In this document: one piece after another, positions 17,115-25,740 of the stretch | Layout of the letters: each line of letters begins with the position of its first letter | How positions within the stretch are numbered: the stretch's first letter is position 1 | From: Bacteroidales bacterium | Lineage (GTDB): Bacteria > Bacteroidota > Bacteroidia > Bacteroidales > ML635J-15 | NCBI GenBank assembly: GCA_045112395.1 | Contig: JBGUHW010000099.1 | Coordinates: 1-61,913, forward strand | Length of the DNA stretch: 61,913 nt | Direction: 5' to 3' | Notes under the pieces: model-generated | The model's input: the letters and a program-made list of their open reading frames with translations, nothing else | What the model was told of the DNA's origin: nothing | Databases searched by the model: none | Position numbers and translations under genes: made by a program

Positions 17115-19742
17115 CTAATTATTTCCGTGCAGCACTTCCAAATATCGTTCCAAAGATGTAATATCGTAAAGTACCTGCCTTGCCTTGCTACCTTCGTATG
17201 GTCCAACTATACCCGCCGCTTCGAGCTGATCTATTATCTTTCCTGCCCTATTGTAGCCAATGCTGAACTTGCGCTGAAGCATTGATGTTGAACCTTGCTG
17301 CGATTCGCAAATAAGCCTTGCTGCCTCGTCAAACAGCGGATCGCGATTGTTGGGGTCGAGAGTTGCAGCGCTGTCACCACCTTCTCCGCCTTCACCTTTC
17401 ACTTCAGGCAACTCGTACACGCATGCATATCCTTGCTGAGCACTAATGAAATCGACAAGGCTCTGAACTTCGGGCGTATCGATGAACGCACACTGTACAC
17501 GCGTTATTTCGCCGCCGTACGAAATCAGAAGGTCACCTCGTCCGATAAGCTGATTTGCTCCAGTCTGGTCGAGAATGGTCTTCGAATCTATATAGTTTGT
17601 AACCTTAAATGCAATTCTTGATGGGAAGTTTGCCTTGATTACACCTGTAATTACATTGGTGGATGGACGCTGTGTGGCAACAATAAGGTGTATGCCAATT
17701 GCACGCGCCTTTGCTGCCAGACGCGAAATCGGAGTTTCCACTTGACGGCCTTCCTGTACAATAATGTCGGCAAACTCATCGATTACAACCACAATGTAGA
17801 ACATATAGTAGTGTCCCTTTTCGGGATTGAGCTTGCGCTTAATGAACTTTTCGTTGTACTCATTGATGTTACGGCATCCTGCTTTGGTAAGAAGTTCGTA
17901 TCGCTCGTCCATGAGTATGCAGAGAGAGTTCATTGCCTCGGTAACCTTCGAAACATCGGTAATGATTGCAGGATTGTCGCCTGGCAATTTTGCAAGGTAA
18001 TGCTTTTCGATTGCCTTGTAAATCGAAAGTTCCACCATCTTTGGGTCGACGAGGACGAACTTCAGTTGCGATGGATGCTTTTTGTATAGTAATGATGCAA
18101 TTATCGCATTGATACCTACAGATTTACCTTGTCCGGTTGCACCTGCCACCAACAAGTGTGGAGTCTTGGCGAGGTTGAAAACGTATGTTTCGTTGGTGAT
18201 TGTCTTTCCGAGCGCCACAGGCAGGTCATACTTTGACTCCTGAAATTTCTTAGAAACTATAACCGACCTCATCGATACCGTTTCGGGCTTGGGATTAGGC
18301 ACTTCGATACCAATGGTACCCTTGCCTGGAATAGGCGCAATAATACGGATTCCCAAAGCCGAAAGGCTCAAAGCGATATCATCTTCCAGATTCTTAATCT
18401 TTGAGATTCTCACTCCAGGTGCAGGAACGATTTCGTACAGAGTTACTGTAGGACCTACGGTCGCCGAAATCTTCGATATTGCAATTCCGTAGTCGCTGAG
18501 CGTCTGCACAATCCTATCCTTGTTAGCATTGAGCTGCTTGTTCATTTCCTCGTCCGAAAGCTTGTCCTTTGGCTGTATGTCGGGTAGCAAATCGGCAGTC
18601 GGGAACTTGTAGAACTCCAGATCTTTGGTTGGATCGTAGTCTGGCAAATTATTCCAGTCCTCGGGAGATGCCTGAGGCTCCTCTTCGGGTTTGGTTATAT
18701 CAAGACTCACTTCTGCATTATCATCGGATTTCGGCAAAACATCTTCTTCCACATCTCCTATAATGTCATCGACGGGAACATCCGCATTCTGTTCTTCTGC
18801 ACCTGTATTTATTTCAAGGTCGAGATCATTAGGAACTTCCTTTTTTCTCGGTTTGTCGACTCCATCATGTTCGAGTTCTATCGTGTTTGATGTTTCCTCT
18901 TCGTCTTCAACGACAGGCTGCTCGTCTGTTACGGCTTCGTCAACCTGTTCGTTTGTATTTTCAATCGGCAGTATCGGATCGATAGGCTTTACTGGTTCTG
19001 CTGGATTCTGCGGATCGGCAGGAGTTTCGTCTTCGTCGCCAAGCTTATTCTTAATGTCCTTGATTTTGAAAGCGGAAATTCGTTCCAGAATTTTCTTTAT
19101 TCCCACCACGGAATTTTCGAAACAGAAAATCACGATGAACAGAGCGAGTACAATAATAATGGAGTAAGCCCCAATTCCTCCTACCAAATTGCACATACCC
19201 TTGAAAAGAAAATATCCGTGCTTGCCACCGAGCATAAACAAGCTATCCTTGAAAACAGACGCCAATGCAATGCTGAGCCAAAGCATAATAACCGCACTCT
19301 TTATAATGAACGGCAATATGCGAACTTTCCTTATTTTCAAAAGTCTAAGGCTTATTACCACCAACATTGCCAATATTGCAAAAGATGCAATACCGAATGT
19401 ATCGCGGATAAAGAAATTTGCGATTATGGCGCCCAGTTTCCCAGCCTTGTTTTCGACCTGTATGTCGGAATTGAACAAAGCCTCGAAAAATCCGTAGTTC
19501 GACAACGACTGGTCGCTTTCCCACGTAAAGAAATAGGAAATGAACGATACAATCATTATTATAACAAACGCCAAAAGTAAAACGCCGATGCTGATTTTTA
19601 TCTGATCAGAGCGTTTCACCTTCGATTCGTCATCACTATCGGTTTCCTTGCCCTTTTTCTTGGTATCAGGCTTTTTTGCCTTGCCCTCGTCCTTTGGGCT
19701 ATCGGCTTCGACCTTGTTCTTTTTCTTGGATCTACCTAACAT
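17115..19742 (-). CDS. ftsK: FtsK/SpoIIIE DNA translocase
   Basis: N-terminal TM segments, an acidic/Pro-rich linker, Walker A (GATGQGKS), Walker B (VVVIDEFAD) and a gamma winged-helix domain (SMLQRKFSIGYNRAGKIIDQLE). Confidence 0.93.
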   Translation of the reverse strand: MLGRSKKKNKVEADSPKDEGKAKKPDTKKKGKETDSDDESKVKRSDQIKISIGVLLLAFVIIMIVSFISYFFTWESDQSLSNYGFFEALFNSDIQVENKAGKLGAIIANFFIRDTFGIASFAILAMLVVISLRLLKIRKVRILPFIIKSAVIMLWLSIALASVFKDSLFMLGGKHGYFLFKGMCNLVGGIGAYSIIIVLALFIVIFCFENSVVGIKKILERISAFKIKDIKNKLGDEDETPADPQNPAEPVKPIDPILPIENTNEQVDEAVTDEQPVVEDEEETSNTIELEHDGVDKPRKKEVPNDLDLEINTGAEEQNADVPVDDIIGDVEEDVLPKSDDNAEVSLDITKPEEEPQASPEDWNNLPDYDPTKDLEFYKFPTADLLPDIQPKDKLSDEEMNKQLNANKDRIVQTLSDYGIAISKISATVGPTVTLYEIVPAPGVRISKIKNLEDDIALSLSALGIRIIAPIPGKGTIGIEVPNPKPETVSMRSVIVSKKFQESKYDLPVALGKTITNETYVFNLAKTPHLLVAGATGQGKSVGINAIIASLLYKKHPSQLKFVLVDPKMVELSIYKAIEKHYLAKLPGDNPAIITDVSKVTEAMNSLCILMDERYELLTKAGCRNINEYNEKFIKRKLNPEKGHYYMFYIVVVIDEFADIIVQEGRQVETPISRLAAKARAIGIHLIVATQRPSTNVITGVIKANFPSRIAFKVTNYIDSKTILDQTGANQLIGRGDLLISYGGEITRVQCAFIDTPEVQSLVDFISAQQGYACVYELPEVKGEGGEGGDSAATLDPNNRDPLFDEAARLICESQQGSTSMLQRKFSIGYNRAGKIIDQLEAAGIVGPYEGSKARQVLYDITSLERYLEVLHGNN

Positions 19743-19771
19743 TCAATTCATTCTTTCATTCCATAACAAGC

Positions 19772-19794
19772 AAAAAAATCCCCTTTCGAGGATT
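19772..19794 (-). terminator. rho-independent terminator
   Basis: Minus strand: aatcctc-gaaa-ggggatt, a 7-bp stem with a GNRA loop, followed by T7. Confidence 0.55.
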
Positions 19795-19814
19795 TTTCTG
19801 CCTTAAAATATTTT

Positions 19815-20501
19815 CTACATACCGCCACCGAGCATCTTAGCGAAATCTTCAGGAGAAACCTTCTGGTAGTCGTCTGTAATCATGAACATCGAGTTATTTA
19901 CGCCGCCCTTCTTAACTTCCTTTGCGGTCATTGTCATGTTCATGCCATTAGCCGACATTGTGTATTCCATCGGAACACCCTTTACACCCTTAACCTGCGA
20001 ATTTTCATAGTAGCTTGCCGGCATAGGAATGTCTTCTGTTACGAAAACCTCCATGGTTTCACCATCGGTGGTAACGTTGTACTTGGTACACTTGTAACCA
20101 GCAATTGTCTTGGTTTCGTCGGTTTTCTCAACTACCGGTTCCGAGTCCTTCAAGTCGCCAGATTCCTTTGCGTCTGCCTTAGCCTTTTCTATGTCTTCCT
20201 TTGACTGCTGTGTAGCGAGCTTCTGGCCCATAACATCAATAAGAACGATTGCGCTACCATCTTCAAGGACTACTGAGCCCATAGTGTACATTGGAGAAAC
20301 CTGGTCCATTCTAAACTTTCCGTCCTTAACGTATGTTATCATTTCAGTTGGAACCTGACCCTTGTACTGCGGATCCAAATCTTCATAAGTGATTGCATAC
20401 TTGATAATTCCTGCGAAAGCCTTTTCTTTTTTCTGTGCGCTTACTGAGAACGACACCAACAATGCCATTGCAACGCATAATACTTTAACTAAAGTCTTCA
20501 T
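19815..20501 (-). CDS. secreted hypothetical protein
   Basis: Signal peptide (MKTLVKVLCVAMALLVSFSVSAQ) and no recognised catalytic motif. Confidence 0.62.
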   Translation of the reverse strand: MKTLVKVLCVAMALLVSFSVSAQKKEKAFAGIIKYAITYEDLDPQYKGQVPTEMITYVKDGKFRMDQVSPMYTMGSVVLEDGSAIVLIDVMGQKLATQQSKEDIEKAKADAKESGDLKDSEPVVEKTDETKTIAGYKCTKYNVTTDGETMEVFVTEDIPMPASYYENSQVKGVKGVPMEYTMSANGMNMTMTAKEVKKGGVNNSMFMITDDYQKVSPEDFAKMLGGGM

Positions 20502-20661
20502 ATTCAAAATAAATTTTATTTGTTGTTACTAATTTAATTAAATTCTACCTAAATAATAAAATGTTCGCAAAGATAGTCATTATATTTTTACGGCTGCCAT
20601 TAAAACTTATAAAAAAAACTTAACTTTTGAACAATGCGAGGTATAAAACAAAAATGGTGCC

Positions 20662-20748
20662 GAAGAAGAAAGGCTAACAGACGAACAGGCTGACTGGCGA
20701 ACAGTCTGGCGGTCTGTACGACTGGTCTTCTGTTGAATTGTTGTCTCT
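20662..20748 (+). repeat. CAGTCT/ACTGGTCTTC-word repeat element, copy A (approximate bounds)
   Basis: It contains the 31-nt core cagtctggcggtctgtacgactggtcttctg (20702-20732), which is 29/31 identical to 22638-22668. Confidence 0.65.
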
Positions 20749-20815
20749 ATCCGATATAGAAAACTTGTGAGATATTATATGTGCATCTTTTGTAATTTTA
20801 TTCGAAATTTATATT

Positions 20816-20823
20816 TATATTTG
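20816..20823 (+). promoter_or_regulatory. -7 box TATATTTG
   Basis: Matches TAnnTTTG, 21 nt upstream of the ATG at 20845. Confidence 0.4.
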
Positions 20824-20844
20824 TGGCGTTAATGATTAAATTTC

Positions 20845-21273
20845 ATGAAAAGATTAGCATTATTACTTACAATTTTGATTTTAGTTTTTATCAATGTATC
20901 ATGCAATAAGAACAAATGCGAAATAGCCGCAGTTAGATTGTGTTATCCAGAAATAAAGGATAATGAAACTTTTAAAATTCATATAATTCGAACAGAGCAA
21001 AACGATTTGTCTTCGATTATTGATACTGCAAAATTTGAAGTAAATCATAATTATTTCCCATTAGAACTCGATGGTAATAAATATGATGGCTATATAGGAG
21101 ATTTCAACGACTACATTGTATATATTGAAAATACCGAATATAGAGATACAGTTACAGACATAAAAATAGAGTGGGAAGAACCATGCAAAGTTGCTAGTTG
21201 CCAATATAGATTTAACGGTGAAATTCACAATAGTAATGGCGGTTTTATAGACATTTATCCAAGAGAAAAATAA
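20845..21273 (+). CDS. hypothetical lipoprotein (AT-rich island)
   Basis: Signal peptide plus Cys (LVFINVSCNK) and visibly AT-rich codons. Confidence 0.6.
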   Translation: MKRLALLLTILILVFINVSCNKNKCEIAAVRLCYPEIKDNETFKIHIIRTEQNDLSSIIDTAKFEVNHNYFPLELDGNKYDGYIGDFNDYIVYIENTEYRDTVTDIKIEWEEPCKVASCQYRFNGEIHNSNGGFIDIYPREK

Positions 21274-21283
21274 TTAATTCGAT

Positions 21284-21352
21284 GGACAGGCTCGCAGGCT
21301 TACAGTCTGGTGGTCTATCCGGCTGGTTTTCCGTCAGACTATTGGCTACTCT
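21284..21352 (+). repeat. CAGTCT-word repeat element, copy B (degenerate)
   Basis: cagtctggtggtctatccggctggttttc matches the copy-A core at 24/29 positions, in the same orientation. Confidence 0.55.
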
Positions 21353-21383
21353 ATCAAAATCATTAACATTAAATAATAAAATT

Positions 21384-21926
21384 ATGAAAAATAGTATTTT
21401 AGGTTCAATAATAATAGTTGTAATAATAATTTTTCAAAGTTGTACTCTAGGACCACGAAGAGTAAATTGTTCTGCTTTCCCCGAATGGTTTTGCCAGTAT
21501 GCACCATACGCAGAAGGCTCTCTTATAAGATACACAAATGGTACTGATACAATGCAGTTCGATATTAAATCGGTTTACAAAGGTAAGGAATACAAAAATC
21601 CTGTAGGATGCAAATGTCAATGTTTCAATTACCTTTCTATAAAGGGTGTAACAAGCGATAGTATAACGCTTGATATTAGGATTGACATTAGTGAAACATC
21701 TTTTGTTTACGGATTTGATTGTTATATTTCTGGGGATAATTCTTCCTTAAGGTCAAGTTGTGACAAAAATCCATTCAAGGAAAAAAATTTTGCTGAATTT
21801 GACGACACATTAAGACTTGACAACGAGTATAACAAACGCTTCTGCAATATGGTTATCGTAAAAGGCAAAGGACTTTCCGAATTTTACGACAAGGAGAACA
21901 ACTGCACTTGGAAATTTGTGGAATAA
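21384..21926 (+). CDS. hypothetical lipoprotein (AT-rich island)
   Basis: MKNSILGSIIIVVIIIFQSCTLG is a signal peptide with a lipobox. The track start at 21282 would translate repeat copy B. Confidence 0.6.
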   Translation: MKNSILGSIIIVVIIIFQSCTLGPRRVNCSAFPEWFCQYAPYAEGSLIRYTNGTDTMQFDIKSVYKGKEYKNPVGCKCQCFNYLSIKGVTSDSITLDIRIDISETSFVYGFDCYISGDNSSLRSSCDKNPFKEKNFAEFDDTLRLDNEYNKRFCNMVIVKGKGLSEFYDKENNCTWKFVE

Positions 21927-21987
21927 TGCACAATGATTTGTACGCAACTCCGTTACTCTATTATCAATTATCAAATTTCACAAAACT

Positions 21988-22548
21988 ATGAATAGAATAA
22001 TAATAACAGTAATGATTGTTTCCGCAATCATAACAGGATGTACAGAATATAAAATGAATCACTGCAACTGTGACGATATGCCAGCACAAGAAGTAGGAAC
22101 TGGACTTATTGTCGGCACAGCCACACAAAATAGCGAAAACGACTCATTGGTTAGTGCTTGGAAAATAGGAAGCGGAGTTGTTACATCCGATGAAAATAAT
22201 ATATTCGGCATAGTAAATAAAGATGGTTCTCCTATTGATTTTTCAAGGTACTCTGTATTGTTTAAAAAAACTTTTGGTAATGGCTCTACAAAATTTTTAA
22301 GGGATGTCACCAAAGATGACAATGCAAAAAAATATGTCTATACAATTACAAATTTGGAATGTGACTATTTCTTAGATCTTTTAGGAAATATCAATCTTGT
22401 TATAATTCCAAAGATAGAGGACGGCTATTATGTTGAAATTATAGAAAAGAATGCTCGATGGATTCATCATAAAATCAAAAAAGACGCTCTAATGGAAACT
22501 TATATATTCAAGGAAGATACTGACGGTAACTGGAAACTCGAAAGCTAA
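21988..22548 (+). CDS. hypothetical lipoprotein (AT-rich island)
   Basis: MNRIIITVMIVSAIITGCTEY is a signal peptide with a lipobox. Confidence 0.6.
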   Translation: MNRIIITVMIVSAIITGCTEYKMNHCNCDDMPAQEVGTGLIVGTATQNSENDSLVSAWKIGSGVVTSDENNIFGIVNKDGSPIDFSRYSVLFKKTFGNGSTKFLRDVTKDDNAKKYVYTITNLECDYFLDLLGNINLVIIPKIEDGYYVEIIEKNARWIHHKIKKDALMETYIFKEDTDGNWKLES

Positions 22549-22572
22549 ACAAAACATTAATAACTAGGGATA

Positions 22573-22685
22573 AAAGGCAAACTGTTTTACAGTCTCGCAG
22601 TCTCATAGTCTTACAGTCTAACGGTCTGGCGATCTCTCAGTCTGGCAGTCTGAACGACTGGTCTTCTGATTGACTGTTGGACTTT
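22573..22685 (+). repeat. CAGTCT/ACTGGTCTTC-word repeat element, copy C
   Basis: acagtctcgcagtctcatagtcttacagtctaacggtctgg..., followed by the core cagtctggcagtctgaacgactggtcttctg (22638-22668). Confidence 0.65.
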
Positions 22686-22741
22686 TCTTTCCACCAAAAA
22701 ACAATGCTGAAAAACACTATTGGCGTTTGATAAAAAAAATA

Positions 22742-22749
22742 TAGTTTTG
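22742..22749 (+). promoter_or_regulatory. -7 box TAGTTTTG upstream of arcC
   Basis: Matches TAnnTTTG, 29 nt upstream of the ATG at 22779. Confidence 0.45.
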
Positions 22750-22778
22750 CGGTTTCAAATAAAAAGGAACAAACAATT

Positions 22779-23729
22779 ATGTCGAACAAGAAATTGGCAG
22801 TTGTTGCCTTTGGTGGAAACGCTCTATTGAGAGCCGGTCAGAAAGGCACAATTGAAGAACAGGAATCAAACGTTTACAAGACTTGCGAGAGTCTTTTGGA
22901 TCTCGTAAAACGCGATTACAATATAGTTATAGGTCATGGCAACGGACCGCAGGTTGGCAACATCCTTCTGCAGAACAACGCCGGCGAAAAGGTTTACGGA
23001 CTTCCCGAAATGCCACTGGCAGTGTGCGGCGCATACTCGCAAGGGTTCATCGGATACGTAATCGAACAGCAGTTCAAGAACGTACTCACAAGCCACAAGC
23101 TTAACAAGAACATCGTTACCTTAGTAACTCAGGTTGTTGTTGACAAGAACGACAAGGGCTTTGCAAATCCGACCAAGCCTATCGGTCCATACTACACCGA
23201 AGAGGAAATGAACGCTTTGAAGGCAAAGAATCCGCAGGATTCATACGCAAAGGACCCGAAAGGCAAAGGATGGAGAAAGGTCGTAGCATCGCCTAAGCCT
23301 ATCGAAATCAACAACAAGGACATCGTAAAGGACCTTGCTGAAAAGGGTAACATTGTTGTAACCGTCGGTGGTGGTGGAATCCCTGTTTATGTAAACGACA
23401 AGGGCGAATACCACGGAATAGACGCAGTTATTGACAAGGACTTGGCTTCGTCGTTGCTGGCAATACAGATTGGTGCCGACGAGTTCTACATCCTTACCGA
23501 TGTTCCTAAGGTTTGCCTCAACTTCCACACACCAGATGAGAAGCAGCTGGACACTATCACCGTTGAGGAAGCAAAGAAATACCTCGCTGAAGGACATTTT
23601 ACCGAAGGTAGCATGGCTCCGAAGATTCGCGCAGCATTGTACTTCGTGGAAAACGGAGGAAAATCGTGCATAATCACCGAAGCAGGACTGCTCGGCAACC
23701 CCGACGCAGGAACAAGAATAGTGAAATAA
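22779..23729 (+). CDS. arcC: carbamate kinase
   Basis: The VVAFGGNALL N-terminus, GHGNGPQVG and the overall 316-aa layout match carbamate kinase. Confidence 0.92.
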   Translation: MSNKKLAVVAFGGNALLRAGQKGTIEEQESNVYKTCESLLDLVKRDYNIVIGHGNGPQVGNILLQNNAGEKVYGLPEMPLAVCGAYSQGFIGYVIEQQFKNVLTSHKLNKNIVTLVTQVVVDKNDKGFANPTKPIGPYYTEEEMNALKAKNPQDSYAKDPKGKGWRKVVASPKPIEINNKDIVKDLAEKGNIVVTVGGGGIPVYVNDKGEYHGIDAVIDKDLASSLLAIQIGADEFYILTDVPKVCLNFHTPDEKQLDTITVEEAKKYLAEGHFTEGSMAPKIRAALYFVENGGKSCIITEAGLLGNPDAGTRIVK

Positions 23730-23759
23730 TTTTTTAAAGTACTTTAAATAAAATTAGTT

Positions 23760-24761
23760 ATGGCTTTTAATTTAAGAAACAGAAGTTTCCTGAAGTTATT
23801 GGACTTCACACCAAAAGAGATTCAGTATATGCTTGATTTGGCTCGCGACCTTAAGAGAGCAAAGTATGCTGGAACAGAACAACCGACAATGAAGGGCAAG
23901 AACATCGCCCTCATATTCGAAAAGACCTCGACTCGTACCCGTTGCGCATTCGAAACCGCAGCTTACGACCAGGGTGCACACGTAACCTACCTCGGACCTA
24001 CAGGTTCGCAGATTGGCGTTAAGGAATCGATGAAGGATACTGCTCGCGTTCTCGGTAGAATGTATGATGGTATCGAATACCGTGGTTTCAAGCAGGAAAC
24101 CGTTGAAGAACTTGCTAAGTACGCTGGTGTACCAGTATGGAACGGCTTGACCAACGAATTCCACCCGACACAGATACTTGCCGACTTCCTCACTATGAGC
24201 GAACACGTTGACAAGCCTCTCAACCAGGTTACTTTCGCATACCTCGGCGATGCTCGTTTCAACATGGGTAACTCGTTGATGGTTGGTGGTGCAAAGATGG
24301 GTATGGACGTTCGTATCGTTGCTCCTAAGAAATTGCAGCCGAGCAAGGAACTCATCGACACCTGCAAGAAGATTGCAAAGGAAACCGGCGCTAAGGTAAC
24401 TGTTACCGACGACGTTGCAAAGGGTGTTAAGGGTTGCGACTTCCTCTATACCGATGTTTGGGTATCGATGGGCGAACCAGTAGAAGTTTGGAAAGAACGT
24501 ATCAAACTCTTGAAGCCTTACCAGGTTAACAAGGAAACCATGAAGATGACGGGCAATCCGAAGTGCAAGTTCATGCACTGCTTGCCAGCATACCACAACC
24601 TCGAAACTCAGGTTGGCCGCGACGTTAACAAGCAGTTCGGTCTCGACGGCATCGAAGTTACCGAAGATGTATTCGAATCAGAAGCATCAATCGTATTCGA
24701 CGAAGCTGAAAACCGTATGCACACCATCAAGGCTGTCATGGTAGCAACCTTGGGTGACTAA
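23760..24761 (+). CDS. argF: ornithine carbamoyltransferase (arcB-like context next to arcC)
   Basis: [17 protein letters not shown] and HCLPA motifs. It is collinear throughout with enterobacterial ArgI/ArgF as I recall them. Confidence 0.93.
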   Translation: MAFNLRNRSFLKLLDFTPKEIQYMLDLARDLKRAKYAGTEQPTMKGKNIALIFEKTSTRTRCAFETAAYDQGAHVTYLGPTGSQIGVKESMKDTARVLGRMYDGIEYRGFKQETVEELAKYAGVPVWNGLTNEFHPTQILADFLTMSEHVDKPLNQVTFAYLGDARFNMGNSLMVGGAKMGMDVRIVAPKKLQPSKELIDTCKKIAKETGAKVTVTDDVAKGVKGCDFLYTDVWVSMGEPVEVWKERIKLLKPYQVNKETMKMTGNPKCKFMHCLPAYHNLETQVGRDVNKQFGLDGIEVTEDVFESEASIVFDEAENRMHTIKAVMVATLGD

Positions 24762-24785
24762 TTAGCCCTCCTTTTTATTATTATA

Positions 24786-24818
24786 GTGGTCATGCTCTCG
24801 GGTGTGACCATTTTTTTT
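24786..24818 (+). terminator. rho-independent terminator after argF
   Basis: gtggtca-N12-tgaccat hairpin followed by T8. Confidence 0.55.
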
Positions 24819-25013
24819 GGCTGACGCCGTTTAAAAGTTTCACGTTTCATGTTTCAAAGTTTCTATGGCTTCGCCGTTTAAATGTTTCACGTTTCAAGGT
24901 TTCTAGGGCTTCGCCGTTTCTATGTTTAATGTTGTTCAATGTTCAAAAGGTTAAGGTTTCAATGGCTGGCGGTTGCTGAGCTTGTCGAAGCACGCCGTTT
25001 CTGGTTTTTCCGC
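24819..25013 (+). repeat. degenerate tandem repeat, about 3.5 units of 40-57 nt (GGCTnCGCCGTTT + GTTTCA words)
   Basis: Units begin at 24819, 24867, 24907 and 24964 with ggctgacgccgttta, ggcttcgccgttta, ggcttcgccgtttc and ggctggcggttgc. The bodies are made of gtttcacgtttca(t/a)g.tttc words. Confidence 0.7.
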
Positions 25014-25016
25014 CAT

Positions 25017-25048
25017 CTGTAGAGACGTTGCGCGCAACATCTCTACAG
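25017..25048. repeat. 32-nt near-perfect palindrome
   Basis: ctgtagagacgttgcg|cgcaacatctctacag, 16-nt arms with 15 Watson-Crick pairs and one C/A mismatch. Confidence 0.75.
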
Positions 25049-25078
25049 AAATTAGAAATCAGAAACAATTAATTTTTC

Positions 25079-25086
25079 TACCTTTG
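25079..25086 (+). promoter_or_regulatory. -7 box TACCTTTG
   Basis: Matches TAnnTTTG, 26 nt upstream of the ATG at 25113. Confidence 0.45.
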
Positions 25087-25112
25087 CATTTCAAACAAAA
25101 AATTCAACACAG

Positions 25113-25541
25113 ATGAAAAGGACAATAATCATAATCGCAGCCGTAACGGCAATGCTAGTTGCAGGCAACACAGCAAAGGCTCAAGAAACACCAGAAGACA
25201 TCATGGCAAAGTTCTTCACAATGTTCAACGATGATGTAAACAAAGCCATCGACTACTTGTTTTCAACAAACGAATGGCTCGAAAGCAACAAGGAAGGGAC
25301 TTCCGCAATGAAGGAAAAGTTCGAGGCATCACGCAAACTCCTTGGCAACTTCAACGGCTACGAACTTGCAGGGAAATACTATCTCGCTCAGTCGTATGCA
25401 AAGTATGTGTATGTACTAAAGTACGACCGACAGCCTGTGGAATTTGTTGTAACAATGTACCGTCCCGACAAAGTCTGGAAACTGCAAAACATGAACTTCC
25501 ACAGCGATTTCGAAAAAGACATGGTGAAAGTTGAAAATTAA
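25113..25541 (+). CDS. secreted hypothetical protein
   Basis: Signal peptide (MKRTIIIIAAVTAMLVAGNTAKAQ); 142 aa; no recognised motif. Confidence 0.62.
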   Translation: MKRTIIIIAAVTAMLVAGNTAKAQETPEDIMAKFFTMFNDDVNKAIDYLFSTNEWLESNKEGTSAMKEKFEASRKLLGNFNGYELAGKYYLAQSYAKYVYVLKYDRQPVEFVVTMYRPDKVWKLQNMNFHSDFEKDMVKVEN

Positions 25542-25574
25542 AAATTTTCAACCATGTGTGTCAGCTAAAAATGA

Positions 25575-25740
25575 ATCGTCATTCCACAAAGCTGAGTGAA
25601 CCGACTAAGGAATGTGTCGTGTGAACTCGCTTATGCGGAATCTCCTTGATTATTATAATTATTGGAGATTACGGATAGCAGTCTTCACAACGCTCCCCGT
25701 TCCGTCTCGCGTGTTTCGACTAGCTTCCGAAATGACGAGC
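25575..25740. ncRNA. candidate structured RNA or long imperfect inverted repeat (~166 nt rod); strand undetermined
   Basis: Closing helix tcgtcatt(25576-25583)/aatgacga(25730-25737). Inner helices tgtgaa/ttcaca, ggaatg/cgttcc and gcggaatctcc/ggagattacgg surround an AU-rich apical loop (25646-25663). T-rich runs flank it on both strands. Confidence 0.3.

Noticed and set aside
20662-22685. Integron-like cassette array (ORFs separated by recurring elements).
   Set aside because: There is no integrase in the window, the repeat elements lack the imperfect inverted-repeat symmetry of attC sites, and two of the genes share one interval without an element between them.
23796-24596. 266-aa minus-strand ORF.
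   Set aside because: It is antisense to ornithine carbamoyltransferase and is a shadow ORF.
24819-25013. Possible CRISPR array, given the regular repeats.
   Set aside because: The units are contiguous degenerate copies with no unique spacers, unit lengths vary between 40 and 57 nt, and no cas genes are present. This is a tandem repeat, not a CRISPR array.
25575-25740. tRNA, tmRNA, RNase P or SRP RNA identity for the structured region.
   Set aside because: There is no cloverleaf, no tmRNA 5' GGGG..., no tRNA-like acceptor or tag ORF, the length is far from RNase P RNA, and I saw no SRP domain IV motif. It is kept only as an unclassified candidate.
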